Below, one piece after another: positions 1 to 8,925 of a stretch of 64,000 bases of DNA. Under the pieces are notes generated by a model. It made no database searches, was not told the origin of the DNA, and was given only the letters and a program-made list of their open reading frames with translations. The DNA comes from Candidatus Poseidoniales archaeon. Its GTDB lineage: Archaea; Thermoplasmatota; Poseidoniia; Poseidoniales; Poseidoniaceae. Position 1 is the first letter of the stretch; every line of letters starts with the position of its first letter. Where the stretch lies: the NCBI GenBank assembly GCA_009887135.1, contig QXYA01000095.1:1414-65413 (forward strand), read 5' to 3'. A program made the translations under genes and the position numbers.

Positions 1-618
1 CGTATCATCGACGAACGGTCAAAGACACGCAAGAGTCGTGAACGAAATCTGGTAAAGGCTAATCAATTCATTAGGGACCGTTCTCAGTTACCAAAAGCCC
101 TTCAGGAAGAAGTTGCCCGCCTGTATCGACGGCTTTCTGACAAAGGCTATGTCACAGGCCGTTCAATAGCAGGCGTATCTGCAGCATGCACATATCTTGT
201 GGCTCGAGAGGAAAACATGCCACGTCAAATACCAGACGTTGCCGAACAATTTAGCATCGAAGAAAAGGAACTCTCACGTCTTATTCGACAAGTATCAAGA
301 ATGCTCAACATGCATTCAATCAGTTCACCTGACCAATACTTTGAGCCATTCATGTCTCAGTTAGACCTCCCACCTTCAATGAGAACACAAGTCCAACACC
401 TCTGGTCTCTCATAAAGCCTCATGAAGATGTCTGGCAAGGTAAGAAACCAATGGGCGTAGCTGCTGCTCTGATTTACAAGACTGCCAACGAATCAGGTAC
501 TCCAAGAACACAATCAGACATTTGTTCCATAGCCAACGTATCAGAAGTAACCCTTCGTGGTTTGTTACGCTTGATTGAAGGATTGCTCACTCAACTTAGC
601 AAAGGATCTCAACAATGA
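1..618 (+). CDS. tfb: Transcription initiation factor IIB (TFB), 5'-truncated by the window edge
   Basis: Frame 1 reads through from nt 1 (RIIDERSKTRKSRERNLVKANQFIRDRSQLPKALQEEVARLYRRLSDKGYVTGRSIAGVSAACTYLVAREENMPRQIPDVAEQFSIEEKELSR...), which matches the two cyclin-like repeats of archaeal TFB. Stop at 616-618. Confidence 0.85.
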   Translation, partial: RIIDERSKTRKSRERNLVKANQFIRDRSQLPKALQEEVARLYRRLSDKGYVTGRSIAGVSAACTYLVAREENMPRQIPDVAEQFSIEEKELSRLIRQVSRMLNMHSISSPDQYFEPFMSQLDLPPSMRTQVQHLWSLIKPHEDVWQGKKPMGVAAALIYKTANESGTPRTQSDICSIANVSEVTLRGLLRLIEGLLTQLSKGSQQ

Positions 619-657
619 GAACCTAAAGTTGATGAATAGGCAATCATAGGGTCAAGC

Positions 658-930
658 ATGGGCTTCAAAGCACGTGCACGCAAGACAAAGGCTGATTCTG
701 GTAAAGATGACAAAGCAAAGGCAAAGAAAAATGCAGGTGAAACACCCTGTGCGGTGAAGTCTTGCGAAAAATGGGCTGACAAGAATCTTGGAGGACGCTC
801 ACTCTCCTTTGACGATGCTACAGAAATGTGGGGCAATGGGAGTTTCTCTTCTTCAAAGGGACGTGTGAGGGTTTGCAAGTCATGCTACAGATCCTGGAAG
901 AAGGAAACCAAGAATGATGACATGTACTGA
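658..930 (+). CDS. Small basic zinc-ribbon protein (Lys-rich N-terminus, C-x4-C ... C-x2-C)
   Basis: 90 aa ORF. The N-terminus is KARARKTKADSGKDDKAKAKK. Cysteine pairs are CAVKSC and CKSC. No family recognised. Confidence 0.4.
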   Translation: MGFKARARKTKADSGKDDKAKAKKNAGETPCAVKSCEKWADKNLGGRSLSFDDATEMWGNGSFSSSKGRVRVCKSCYRSWKKETKNDDMY

Positions 931-932
931 TG

Positions 933-957
933 TTCACTTTCACTTTTCACTTACACC
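933..957 (+). terminator. (T)TTCAC x3 motif 2 nt after the stop codon; putative terminator or 3' regulatory element, also present at 49053-49080
   Basis: TTCACTTTCACTTTTCACTTACACC sits directly after the TGA at 928-930. A near-identical motif follows the RFC stop. Confidence 0.3.
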
Positions 958-998
958 TATCATAAAGCAACTATACCGTCTGCACTCAGTAGCAAGGT

Positions 999-1598
999 AT
1001 GCGTAACCAAAGAACACCCGTTCGAAGTCTGGTCACAAGCCAGGGAACTTGTATTGCAATGGACGATGGAATGATTGTTTGGGAAACCAAACAGAATAGG
1101 AAAACACTGCGTCTGCATTGCGTCGCAACTGTGATTCTAGGAATGCAAAATGATGATGGACATGTTGAACGAATGTTTGTTGGAGATGGGAAAGGACAAC
1201 TTCATATTCTTACTGTACCAAACCTTGCTCTTGAGAAAACAGTGCCTATCGGCAACACTGCCCTACGGGCGATGTGCTCAGATTCGGAAGAGAGCCTCGC
1301 ACTTTTAATCGCTGATGCAGATGGAAAGATATGGCGTTATGATGGAAGTTCTGAGACTCAACTCTTGTTTGAAACCAAGCGATCTATCTCTTCTATACGA
1401 AGTGAACGAAATTCAATTCGTATTCAATCGGGATGGGAACAATGCACGTTCAAACGAGATGGTCTTCTACAGAATTCCCATGATGCCTCCACATCCTTTG
1501 GGGAGAACACCATGTTACGAAGGCTTAGGGAAAGGAAAAAACTTGATGAGCAAAGAGAACAAGCAGAGGCACAAGTTCGTTTGATGGTTGGAGTCTAA
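999..1598 (+). CDS. Hypothetical protein (199 aa), possibly beta-propeller-like repeats
   Basis: Long ORF in a gene-dense region. The elements HVERMFVGDGKGQLHIL and ADADGKIWRYDG recur. No family assigned. Confidence 0.35.
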   Translation: MRNQRTPVRSLVTSQGTCIAMDDGMIVWETKQNRKTLRLHCVATVILGMQNDDGHVERMFVGDGKGQLHILTVPNLALEKTVPIGNTALRAMCSDSEESLALLIADADGKIWRYDGSSETQLLFETKRSISSIRSERNSIRIQSGWEQCTFKRDGLLQNSHDASTSFGENTMLRRLRERKKLDEQREQAEAQVRLMVGV

Positions 1599-2359
1599 TC
1601 GCTCTGTTCTTTTTCGGTACGCGGCCAAGAAGGCACTGGATCTCGCCATAACGAAGTTGGAGCTGCTCGTGGCCAGGCTCTTGGAGAAACCCCATCATTT
1701 GCTGCAATGCCTTCCAAGACCTCACAATGATGTTGAATCGTTGAGAAGATGTGGTCTTTACCTTGTAAGATCGGTCCATGCATCGGCACGAGTTTTTCAG
1801 CACCAAGGTCTTGAATTCGCCTCAGACTTTCGATGGCTTGAATGAGATTACCAGTCGGCACGTCCCAGCGCAGAGGGCGATCTGCTCTTGGGAGCAGCGC
1901 ACCTGCTATGACCGTCTTTGCAGAGGGAATGTGTATTGAGACATTATCTGAACTCGGACCAGGAGTTTCGAGTAATTCAATAACTGATTCATCCATCATA
2001 ATGGGTTCTGAAAAGTCAATTGGTTCAGTAGATACAACTGGCATATCAGAATCATATCGATTCGCCCATGTTGTGAAAAAATCTCCACTCTCGAGGGACA
2101 TTTGAGCTGCTTCATGGATGAAAACGGGTATTCCAAATGATTCTGAAAGGGCTTTACAGCCTCCGCTGAAAGGATATCTTCTCGAAGTAAGAATGATTTT
2201 AGTAAGTGTAATCGTATCTCCGAGTTGCCCTCTAATCCGTTCTTCCTGCAGTAACTGGTACCAAGCAGTACCAGAATCAACGAGTAGAGCAGATTCCTTG
2301 CCAATGAGAAGGGTTGCATTTGCATCATGATGAATGCCAGGCAACCTCACGATGCGCAT
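1595..2359 (-). CDS. Metallo-beta-lactamase-fold protein with degenerate metal-binding motif
   Basis: Motif 1 is LLVDSG. The position that normally reads THxHxDHxGG instead reads ILTSRRYPFSGG. The C-terminal motif LVPMHGP is retained. Confidence 0.45.
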   Translation of the reverse strand: MRIVRLPGIHHDANATLLIGKESALLVDSGTAWYQLLQEERIRGQLGDTITLTKIILTSRRYPFSGGCKALSESFGIPVFIHEAAQMSLESGDFFTTWANRYDSDMPVVSTEPIDFSEPIMMDESVIELLETPGPSSDNVSIHIPSAKTVIAGALLPRADRPLRWDVPTGNLIQAIESLRRIQDLGAEKLVPMHGPILQGKDHIFSTIQHHCEVLEGIAANDGVSPRAWPRAAPTSLWRDPVPSWPRTEKEQSD

Positions 2360-2423
2360 AACCCTCGGATGGACTGATAGGGTTTCAAAGATGGCATCAT
2401 GAAGTGTCAGATTAGGTGGTTGC

Positions 2424-2431
2424 GATTAAAT
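2424..2431 (+). promoter_or_regulatory. TATA-like box (TTAAATAG) about 23-30 nt upstream of the L40e ATG, implying a near-leaderless transcript
   Basis: AT-rich octamer gcgaTTAAATAGagg at the spacing expected for an archaeal promoter. Confidence 0.3.
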
Positions 2432-2453
2432 AGAGGAAGTTGGTCGCCATGAC

Positions 2454-2603
2454 ATGGCTAGATTCCCTGAAGCAGAAGAGCGCTTGCTTCGCGTTAAGAT
2501 TTGCATGAAGTGTAATGCTCGTAATGCTTGGAGAGCCACACGCTGCAGAAAGTGTAGCTACAAAGGGCTCCGAGCCAAAAATATGGAACGAAAGGGCGTT
2601 TGA
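2454..2603 (+). CDS. rpl40e: 50S ribosomal protein L40e (49 aa); absent from the ORF track because it is under 60 aa
   Basis: Translation [49 protein letters not shown]. This is the canonical archaeal L40e with a C-x2-C...C-x2-C zinc ribbon. Confidence 0.8.
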   Translation: MARFPEAEERLLRVKICMKCNARNAWRATRCRKCSYKGLRAKNMERKGV

Positions 2604-2604
2604 T

Positions 2605-3648
2605 CTAAGGTAGTAGTACTGGGATTACCAGTGCCATTGGATCACCAAACAACCACAACGGCAATATCGCTGGCCATAAGAAAAGTAACAAGGGTAGTTT
2701 CAAACTAACCCATACGTTTCCAACGCCCTCATTGTTCAACTTTTCAACATGAGATTTAACCTCATCATCTGTTGGAGATTGACGCGGTGCTCTTCTTCGA
2801 TGGTAAATTTTCAATTCACCATTTGGTAATTCCATTGTATCTGTAAGAAGCCAAGCATGCCTGTCTTGAACTGTATTAAGTGGAACTGATAGAGCAATCC
2901 AAGCCATTGTTAAATCACTAAATGACCGAATATTTCCTGATGCCAAATTGCGAATAAGCAAGATGAAAGGAATAAGTAAGAAAAATAATCCTCCCCAGAT
3001 AAGTAAACTTAACGATGGGGGAAGATGAAGAATCACTTCATCCATATACACTTCTGAATGTATAGGGAGTTCACCCCATGATGGGAACAATAGAGTGACC
3101 CACATCAGTGCCTTTGCATCTGCTCCACCATGAATGAAGCGCATTCTCCAACCTAAGTCTATCACAAAGAGAACAAAGAGAGCCCCTATGTAGGACCACC
3201 AAAGGGCTGCATCACCAGTCACATCGCCTAAGAGAACATCCAATGGATTGCTTGAAGAGAAGTGTACTGCACCTGCGACCAAACCAATAATCGAGATGAG
3301 ATACCAACCAAGAACCATTTGATCCATTCGATTTCCAGCCCTTGCATCTTTCAAAGTAGGTCTACCTATGACTGAACCACTAGCATAAGCGATGATTGCG
3401 GAGGCAGTTAGCCAGATGCTCCAATGAGCTCCTTGCATCAATAAATCAAGCGTCCAAATGAAGATAACAGGTTTGGTCCAAACAATCCAATGGTCATTTG
3501 AAACTCTTCGCTCGTTATGGTCAAACCACGCAGCCCAACCCATACAGATGATGAGAACCCCTAGTCGTGCCCAACCGAGAATGATGTCAGAATCCACATC
3601 CATTGTATTGTCCATGTCGCCAATGAACTTAAAGACGGCCCACAACAA
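2605..3648 (-). CDS. Polytopic membrane protein, putative A24-family prepilin/preflagellin-type aspartic peptidase
   Basis: 347 aa with many TM helices. The motif FIHGGADAKALMW resembles the second catalytic-Asp motif GG(A/G)DxKLL of FlaK/PibD/PilD. Confidence 0.45.
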   Translation of the reverse strand: MLWAVFKFIGDMDNTMDVDSDIILGWARLGVLIICMGWAAWFDHNERRVSNDHWIVWTKPVIFIWTLDLLMQGAHWSIWLTASAIIAYASGSVIGRPTLKDARAGNRMDQMVLGWYLISIIGLVAGAVHFSSSNPLDVLLGDVTGDAALWWSYIGALFVLFVIDLGWRMRFIHGGADAKALMWVTLLFPSWGELPIHSEVYMDEVILHLPPSLSLLIWGGLFFLLIPFILLIRNLASGNIRSFSDLTMAWIALSVPLNTVQDRHAWLLTDTMELPNGELKIYHRRRAPRQSPTDDEVKSHVEKLNNEGVGNVWVSLKLPLLLFLWPAILPLWLFGDPMALVIPVLLP

Positions 3649-3684
3649 GACACGAGTAGAGCGGTTTTCCGTGGAGATGGCATT

Positions 3685-3951
3685 ATGGACGTAGAAACAC
3701 GACTACAACAAGTAGCGACTGTCATCAACCAAATTGATGACCCCAAGGTTCCAAGGAACATTCGTAAACAAGCAAAAGAAACATGTGAAAACTGGTTATT
3801 GAACAAAGGAAAGAAACTCGATGTTCGCATTGCTATGTCTCAATCTAAACTTGAAGAGTTGTACGAAGACCCAAATATTCCACCAGAGTTTGGAACCCTC
3901 ATTCTCATGATCAATACTGAACTCGAGAAGATTCTAACAGAAATCCTCTGA
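3685..3951 (+). CDS. Small conserved hypothetical protein (88 aa, helical)
   Basis: Compact ORF with a plausible start. No signal peptide or TM helix. Confidence 0.4.
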   Translation: MDVETRLQQVATVINQIDDPKVPRNIRKQAKETCENWLLNKGKKLDVRIAMSQSKLEELYEDPNIPPEFGTLILMINTELEKILTEIL

Positions 3952-5382
3952 TTACTCTTCTTCATCTAGAGCATTCTTAATTCGCTCAAGAATGATACGA
4001 TTATTCTTTGTCAGTCTGCCTGAGTCAATGTTAAAACTGTTCAACTGAAGACCATAACTATCGTCAGAGAGCATATCAGTTGCTGCTTCGACATAGGTGA
4101 ATTGCTCCGGTGTGATTCTATTTCTTCGAAGGCTACGCTCGATTGCATGCTTTGCCCCTACTCTGGCCATTTCCCTATCGCTAAGCCCCAAAACACGTTG
4201 CAGTTCTTCAAGGGACCGACTTTCATGGTTCGAGATTCGACCATCCTTCATTGCCTCTTTCCAAGCCTCATCTATCGATGGAGCTCGTTCAGATAAGAGA
4301 ATAGCAATCGGTCGTGTTGGCTCAATATTTTCAAGAACAATCTTGATGATAACAGTAAATGGTATAGCAAGAATCATCCCGATGATGCCCCATACCCAGA
4401 ATGAAAAGGCAGTAACAAGAAGCAATAATACTGGAGAGAGATCCAAAGCACGGCCTGCCCATTTTGTTTCGATAATGTTTCCCCAAACTTGTTGATTGAC
4501 CAACAATAATACAGTCATTAGAATGAGAGAAAAGGCTGATGGAGCAACGATAATACCGAGAATGATTGGAGGAATTGTGGCAATGAGCGATCCGATATAT
4601 GGGACGTAGTTGAAAATGAAGGTAAGTAATGCCCATGTGAACCATAAATCAATATTAAAACTCCAAAGAATGACAGCCGTAATTACAGCGGTACCAATAC
4701 CTACGCCGGTCTTGACTACGACGTATGTATTGATGCTCTCTTGAATTTGAATTTGAACATCTTGCACCTTACCAGAAACACCACCAGGCCATGCTCTTTC
4801 AATTCTTCCAGGAAGTAGATTCGCTTCAAAGATGATGAATATAAGGAAGAAGGACACTGTAAGGCTCGTTGCAAACAGTCCACCTACGCCTGCAACAGCA
4901 TCACCAATTAAGTCCGATACCTGAGAATCTTTTGATAACAGACCCATTTCTGCCAAATCTTCAGACAAAGTTCCATTCGTTGAATTCAAAGATTCAGTTA
5001 ATGAAGAACCAACTAATGGAGCCGCCTTTATCTTCTGCCATCGTTTGTTGAGTTTACTATTATACTCCTCAATCTTGTCATCATCATTCGCTAAATCACT
5101 TGCTTGATCGTATGCGACATACCCTGCAGATACAATGACTAAGAGCATCAGCATAACCATTGTGAGATAGGATAAACCAAGGGGGAATCCATTTTTTGAG
5201 AGATAATCAGAACCGGGTTTTAGAACAAAATAAATACCCAAGGCGATAAAAAATGGTTGAAGAACTCCTTCGAGTTCAATCATCCAAATCGTGAGCACTG
5301 TCAGTAAAATGACTGCAAATGTCAAGCCACCTAGTCGACGATGGAAGGTATTGTTGTCGAAGACAGCGAGTGTATCGTCCAT
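3952..5382 (-). CDS. AI-2E (PerM/UPF0118) family transporter with a ~110 aa C-terminal soluble extension
   Basis: Eight TM helices with the typical AI-2E layout (WFTWALLTFIFNYVPYIGSLIATIPPIILG ... LAIPFTVIIKIV). The C-terminal tail is hydrophilic. Confidence 0.7.
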   Translation of the reverse strand: MDDTLAVFDNNTFHRRLGGLTFAVILLTVLTIWMIELEGVLQPFFIALGIYFVLKPGSDYLSKNGFPLGLSYLTMVMLMLLVIVSAGYVAYDQASDLANDDDKIEEYNSKLNKRWQKIKAAPLVGSSLTESLNSTNGTLSEDLAEMGLLSKDSQVSDLIGDAVAGVGGLFATSLTVSFFLIFIIFEANLLPGRIERAWPGGVSGKVQDVQIQIQESINTYVVVKTGVGIGTAVITAVILWSFNIDLWFTWALLTFIFNYVPYIGSLIATIPPIILGIIVAPSAFSLILMTVLLLVNQQVWGNIIETKWAGRALDLSPVLLLLVTAFSFWVWGIIGMILAIPFTVIIKIVLENIEPTRPIAILLSERAPSIDEAWKEAMKDGRISNHESRSLEELQRVLGLSDREMARVGAKHAIERSLRRNRITPEQFTYVEAATDMLSDDSYGLQLNSFNIDSGRLTKNNRIILERIKNALDEEE

Positions 5383-5427
5383 ACACGGCTCTCGACCATT
5401 ACACGTTTGAATTTAACGTGATGGAAT

Positions 5428-6783
5428 TTATTCCTCAGATTGCATCCATGAAGGTCGGAATGAAACGCGTAAAGACAAAAGGAATGCGCATAACATCAGA
5501 ATTCCACAAAGATGGAAGGCTGTATGATAATCAAAGAAATCTGTCCGTCCCACTGTCTTTGTCCAAACTAATCCACCAGTGAGGGGGCCTAGAATTCGTG
5601 CAAATGAAGACAGTGATTCTTGAGCACCCATTACAGTCCCCAATTCATAGCCTTCTTGACGTGACATGGCAGTGAGCAAGGTACTTGATGAAGGTTGGAA
5701 TAAGCCATTTCCAATCGCAATGCATCCCGTGATTGGGAAGAGCCACACCCACATATAATCCGCTTGTGAATAAGGAACCATTACAAGACCAATTCCCGTT
5801 AAAACCGCTCCGAATCGTAGAATAAAGACGCTGCCGTATTTTCTCGACAAAGGCCCAATCAAGCCACCCTGAGTGAATATACCGAGTACACCAATAAGTG
5901 CAAAGATTCTACCATTATCAGCTTCATTAAATCCTAATCCACCAGATGCAGGATCCATTTGTGTATAGAGAATGAAGACTGCGTGCATAATGGTAAAACC
6001 AAACATGAAGAGGAACGTCACCCACATTACTGAACCTATTTGTTTGGTTCCAATCATGGCCTTAACGTTGCTAAATGAACTCTTCATGGTCGCTTTCCAA
6101 GAACTTGATTTATCGATTACACGTCGGTTTTCTGGTAATGACTCGGGGAGGGATTTGAATGCAAAAAGAAGAGATACAATCGACAGAACGCTTGCTAAGA
6201 CACAGGGTAACAAATAGGGATATGTTTCAAAAATAGTATCTTTGAACAAATCCCACCGTTCTGCAGGTGCAGAAAGTTCGCCACCAAGGAATGGACCAAT
6301 GGTGAATCCAAGGCCAAATGCAGCACCAATCAGGCCCATACGTGTTGCAAGTTGTTGCGGAGAACTTACATCTCCAATGTATGCCCGAGCTACTGCGATG
6401 TTTCCGTTGAATACACCAGCAAGGAAACGGGCGATGAGAGCCATGATCAAGGTATTAGCGAGCCCAAACATTGTGAAAAATACGGTATTACCAACAAGTC
6501 CAATCATGAGGACTGGTCTGCGTCCAATACGGTCGGAGAGAGCACCCCATATTGGTGAAAACAGGAATTGTGCAGCAGAGTATGAGGTCATTAAGAGACC
6601 CACCCAAATCCCTATTGAGGCAGCATCTTGTTCACCTGCTAAATCTTCAACAAGATAGGTTAGAAACGGTATGACAATTCCGAACCCAATCATGTCGATC
6701 ATGGTTACAAGAAAGAGAACAAACAAAGCGCCTTTACTCGCATCAATGCGATCGGCTGACGCTCCGTGTTCATCCATATCCAA
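5428..6783 (-). CDS. MFS transporter (DHA1/drug:H+ antiporter-like)
   Basis: 12 TM helices. MFS motif A is GALSDRIGRRPVLMIGL and motif C is GGLIGPLSRKYG. Confidence 0.8.
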   Translation of the reverse strand: MDMDEHGASADRIDASKGALFVLFLVTMIDMIGFGIVIPFLTYLVEDLAGEQDAASIGIWVGLLMTSYSAAQFLFSPIWGALSDRIGRRPVLMIGLVGNTVFFTMFGLANTLIMALIARFLAGVFNGNIAVARAYIGDVSSPQQLATRMGLIGAAFGLGFTIGPFLGGELSAPAERWDLFKDTIFETYPYLLPCVLASVLSIVSLLFAFKSLPESLPENRRVIDKSSSWKATMKSSFSNVKAMIGTKQIGSVMWVTFLFMFGFTIMHAVFILYTQMDPASGGLGFNEADNGRIFALIGVLGIFTQGGLIGPLSRKYGSVFILRFGAVLTGIGLVMVPYSQADYMWVWLFPITGCIAIGNGLFQPSSSTLLTAMSRQEGYELGTVMGAQESLSSFARILGPLTGGLVWTKTVGRTDFFDYHTAFHLCGILMLCAFLLSLRVSFRPSWMQSEE

Positions 6784-6827
6784 GGCGAGGAAACCCTACC
6801 TATCAAATCGATGATAAGACCAGCGTT

Positions 6828-8864
6828 CTAAATCGAGGTTGTTGGGCCTGAGAGATCGGGTGTTAAACGATCAATAACGGCACCTAATCTATCAACGAGG
6901 CTCTGTTTCTGATCGTGAGTAATCAATGCATGCTCCATTACTTCATCGAGTGTATCGACTGCAATAACTTCCACGTTTCCTTCAAATTGCTCATCCAGGA
7001 GTACGTCTTGCATGTTTGCACGTGGAATGATTACAGTCTTGACACCTGAGCGAGCAGCTGCTTCAATCTTCGCAGTTACACCACCAATTGGCAACACTTC
7101 ACCGCGAACGGAGAGTGAACCTGTCATGGCCAAATCTTGCCGGATCGGTATTGATTCAAGAGCCGATATAATCGCTGTTGCAATCGTAATTGAAGCTGAA
7201 TCACCATCGACACCATGGGTATCTACAAACTGAATGTGGATATCATAATCTGAAATATCTTTTCCAGTTAGTTTCTTGATAACTGCACTTACGTTGGTTA
7301 CACTTTCCTTGGCAAGATCACTCAAACCGCCAGTAGCGTGAATCTTTCCACCGCCACCTTGTGATGGTGTCACTAGAGCCTCAACTGGAAGCATAATACC
7401 CGAGAAATCAGAAAGACCTGAATTAGCACCAAGAACGGCTAAGCCGTTTACTCTTCCAATTCTGTTTCCAGAATTAACAATGAGAGCGTAATCTTGTCTG
7501 CGTTCAATCATTCGATCTGCAACTTGTTGTTCGAGGGGTTTTGCGATTGAACGTGCTGCAAGAACATGAGCATCAGTTACGTACGGAGCCCCATCTTCAG
7601 CTGCTAAATCACCAGCGATTCGGACCAATCCCCCGAGTTCACGCAATCGAAGTGAGAGTTTACCTCGTCGACCTGCCCGACGTTGAGCTTCTCGAAGAAT
7701 CAAAGCCACTCCAGTCTTATCGAAGTGAGGAATTTCTCTTGAACTGCCAATGTCTCGTAGAACTTCTTGACCGATGAAGCGAATCAATCGCTTTCTGTTA
7801 CGGTTTGTATCAGGCATCTCGGAATTTACGTAGACCTCATACCCATATCCACGGATACGGCTACGAAGAGCTGGGTGCATGCCTTGAATCGCATCAAGAT
7901 TACCTGCTGCAATAAGAATGAAGTCACAAGGAACTGGTTCGGTCTTCGTCAATGCTCCAGATGAGCGTTCACTGCGTCCTGAGATTGGGAAGGCACGTTC
8001 TTGCATGGCTGTAAGAAGTGCTTGCTGCTCTTCTAAGCGAAGAAGATTAATCTCGTCAATGTAGAGGACCCCTTTGTTTGCTCGATGAATTGCCCCAGGT
8101 TCGACACGGTCATGAGCAGGCGTTTCCATTCCACCTGATTGGAAAGGATCGTGACGAACATCACCGAGGAGTGAACCTGAAAGTGTTGCAGTTGCGTCAA
8201 CAAACGGGGGGAGTTCATCAGCATCATGCTTGACAAGGACCTTTGGAATTCTACCTTCATCACCAGAACCAAGTCTGCTACGGATGAACATATATCCAAA
8301 CATAAGCAAGAACATTCCAAAAAGAAGAGTAAGAATATCCCCAGTTGGAATAGCCACGATAACGAGTAGGAATGCAACAGCACCGAACCCAATGAGAAGC
8401 ATACGTTGTGCTTTCTCTTTTTGTTCACGGATTGCTTCCTTCTGGACACGGACAATGCGATCACCTCGACCAGCAGGGACTGAACGTACGCGAGGTTCGT
8501 TTTCGTCGTCCTCATTTGGATAGACAAGAACATCTTCCAGAGCGTCCCTTGGGAGTAGGTCTGTCATCGAACGAGCCAACATGGACTTCCCAGTACCTGG
8601 GTCACCAATCATGAGCATGTGACGACGTTGTTCAGCAGCTTTTCGAATAACGACTGAACCAGCCTCTTGTCCGATGACTTGATCGACCAGACGGTCAGGA
8701 ATAGGAACATCTTCAGTCGTTTCGAAACTAACTGATTCAATCCACTTGTCGATGCTCAATGTGACGACTTCATCCGTTCCATTAGAAGGCTCAGGAGCCC
8801 AGATAGTGACCGTTTCTGGGTTGTCCTCAGTAACGTCCTCAATAGGAATGTCGCCATCTGCCAT
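6828..8864 (-). CDS. lonB: Archaeal membrane-bound Lon protease (LonB)
   Basis: AAA+ Walker A motif [13 protein letters not shown]. Two TM helices are inserted in the ATPase domain ([39 protein letters not shown]). A C-terminal S16 protease domain is present. 678 aa. Confidence 0.9.
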   Translation of the reverse strand: MADGDIPIEDVTEDNPETVTIWAPEPSNGTDEVVTLSIDKWIESVSFETTEDVPIPDRLVDQVIGQEAGSVVIRKAAEQRRHMLMIGDPGTGKSMLARSMTDLLPRDALEDVLVYPNEDDENEPRVRSVPAGRGDRIVRVQKEAIREQKEKAQRMLLIGFGAVAFLLVIVAIPTGDILTLLFGMFLLMFGYMFIRSRLGSGDEGRIPKVLVKHDADELPPFVDATATLSGSLLGDVRHDPFQSGGMETPAHDRVEPGAIHRANKGVLYIDEINLLRLEEQQALLTAMQERAFPISGRSERSSGALTKTEPVPCDFILIAAGNLDAIQGMHPALRSRIRGYGYEVYVNSEMPDTNRNRKRLIRFIGQEVLRDIGSSREIPHFDKTGVALILREAQRRAGRRGKLSLRLRELGGLVRIAGDLAAEDGAPYVTDAHVLAARSIAKPLEQQVADRMIERRQDYALIVNSGNRIGRVNGLAVLGANSGLSDFSGIMLPVEALVTPSQGGGGKIHATGGLSDLAKESVTNVSAVIKKLTGKDISDYDIHIQFVDTHGVDGDSASITIATAIISALESIPIRQDLAMTGSLSVRGEVLPIGGVTAKIEAAARSGVKTVIIPRANMQDVLLDEQFEGNVEVIAVDTLDEVMEHALITHDQKQSLVDRLGAVIDRLTPDLSGPTTSI

Positions 8865-8925
8865 GAATATTCCTCACCTTCCTCCCCTTTAGGACTTTAG
8901 CATCCACCATAGATGCAAGAGAGAC

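Noticed and set aside
2605-3648. Presenilin/signal-peptide-peptidase identity for the polytopic membrane protein
   Set aside because: No YD...GLGD...PAL motif set was seen. The GGADAK element fits the A24 prepilin-peptidase family better. Even that call is kept at modest confidence.
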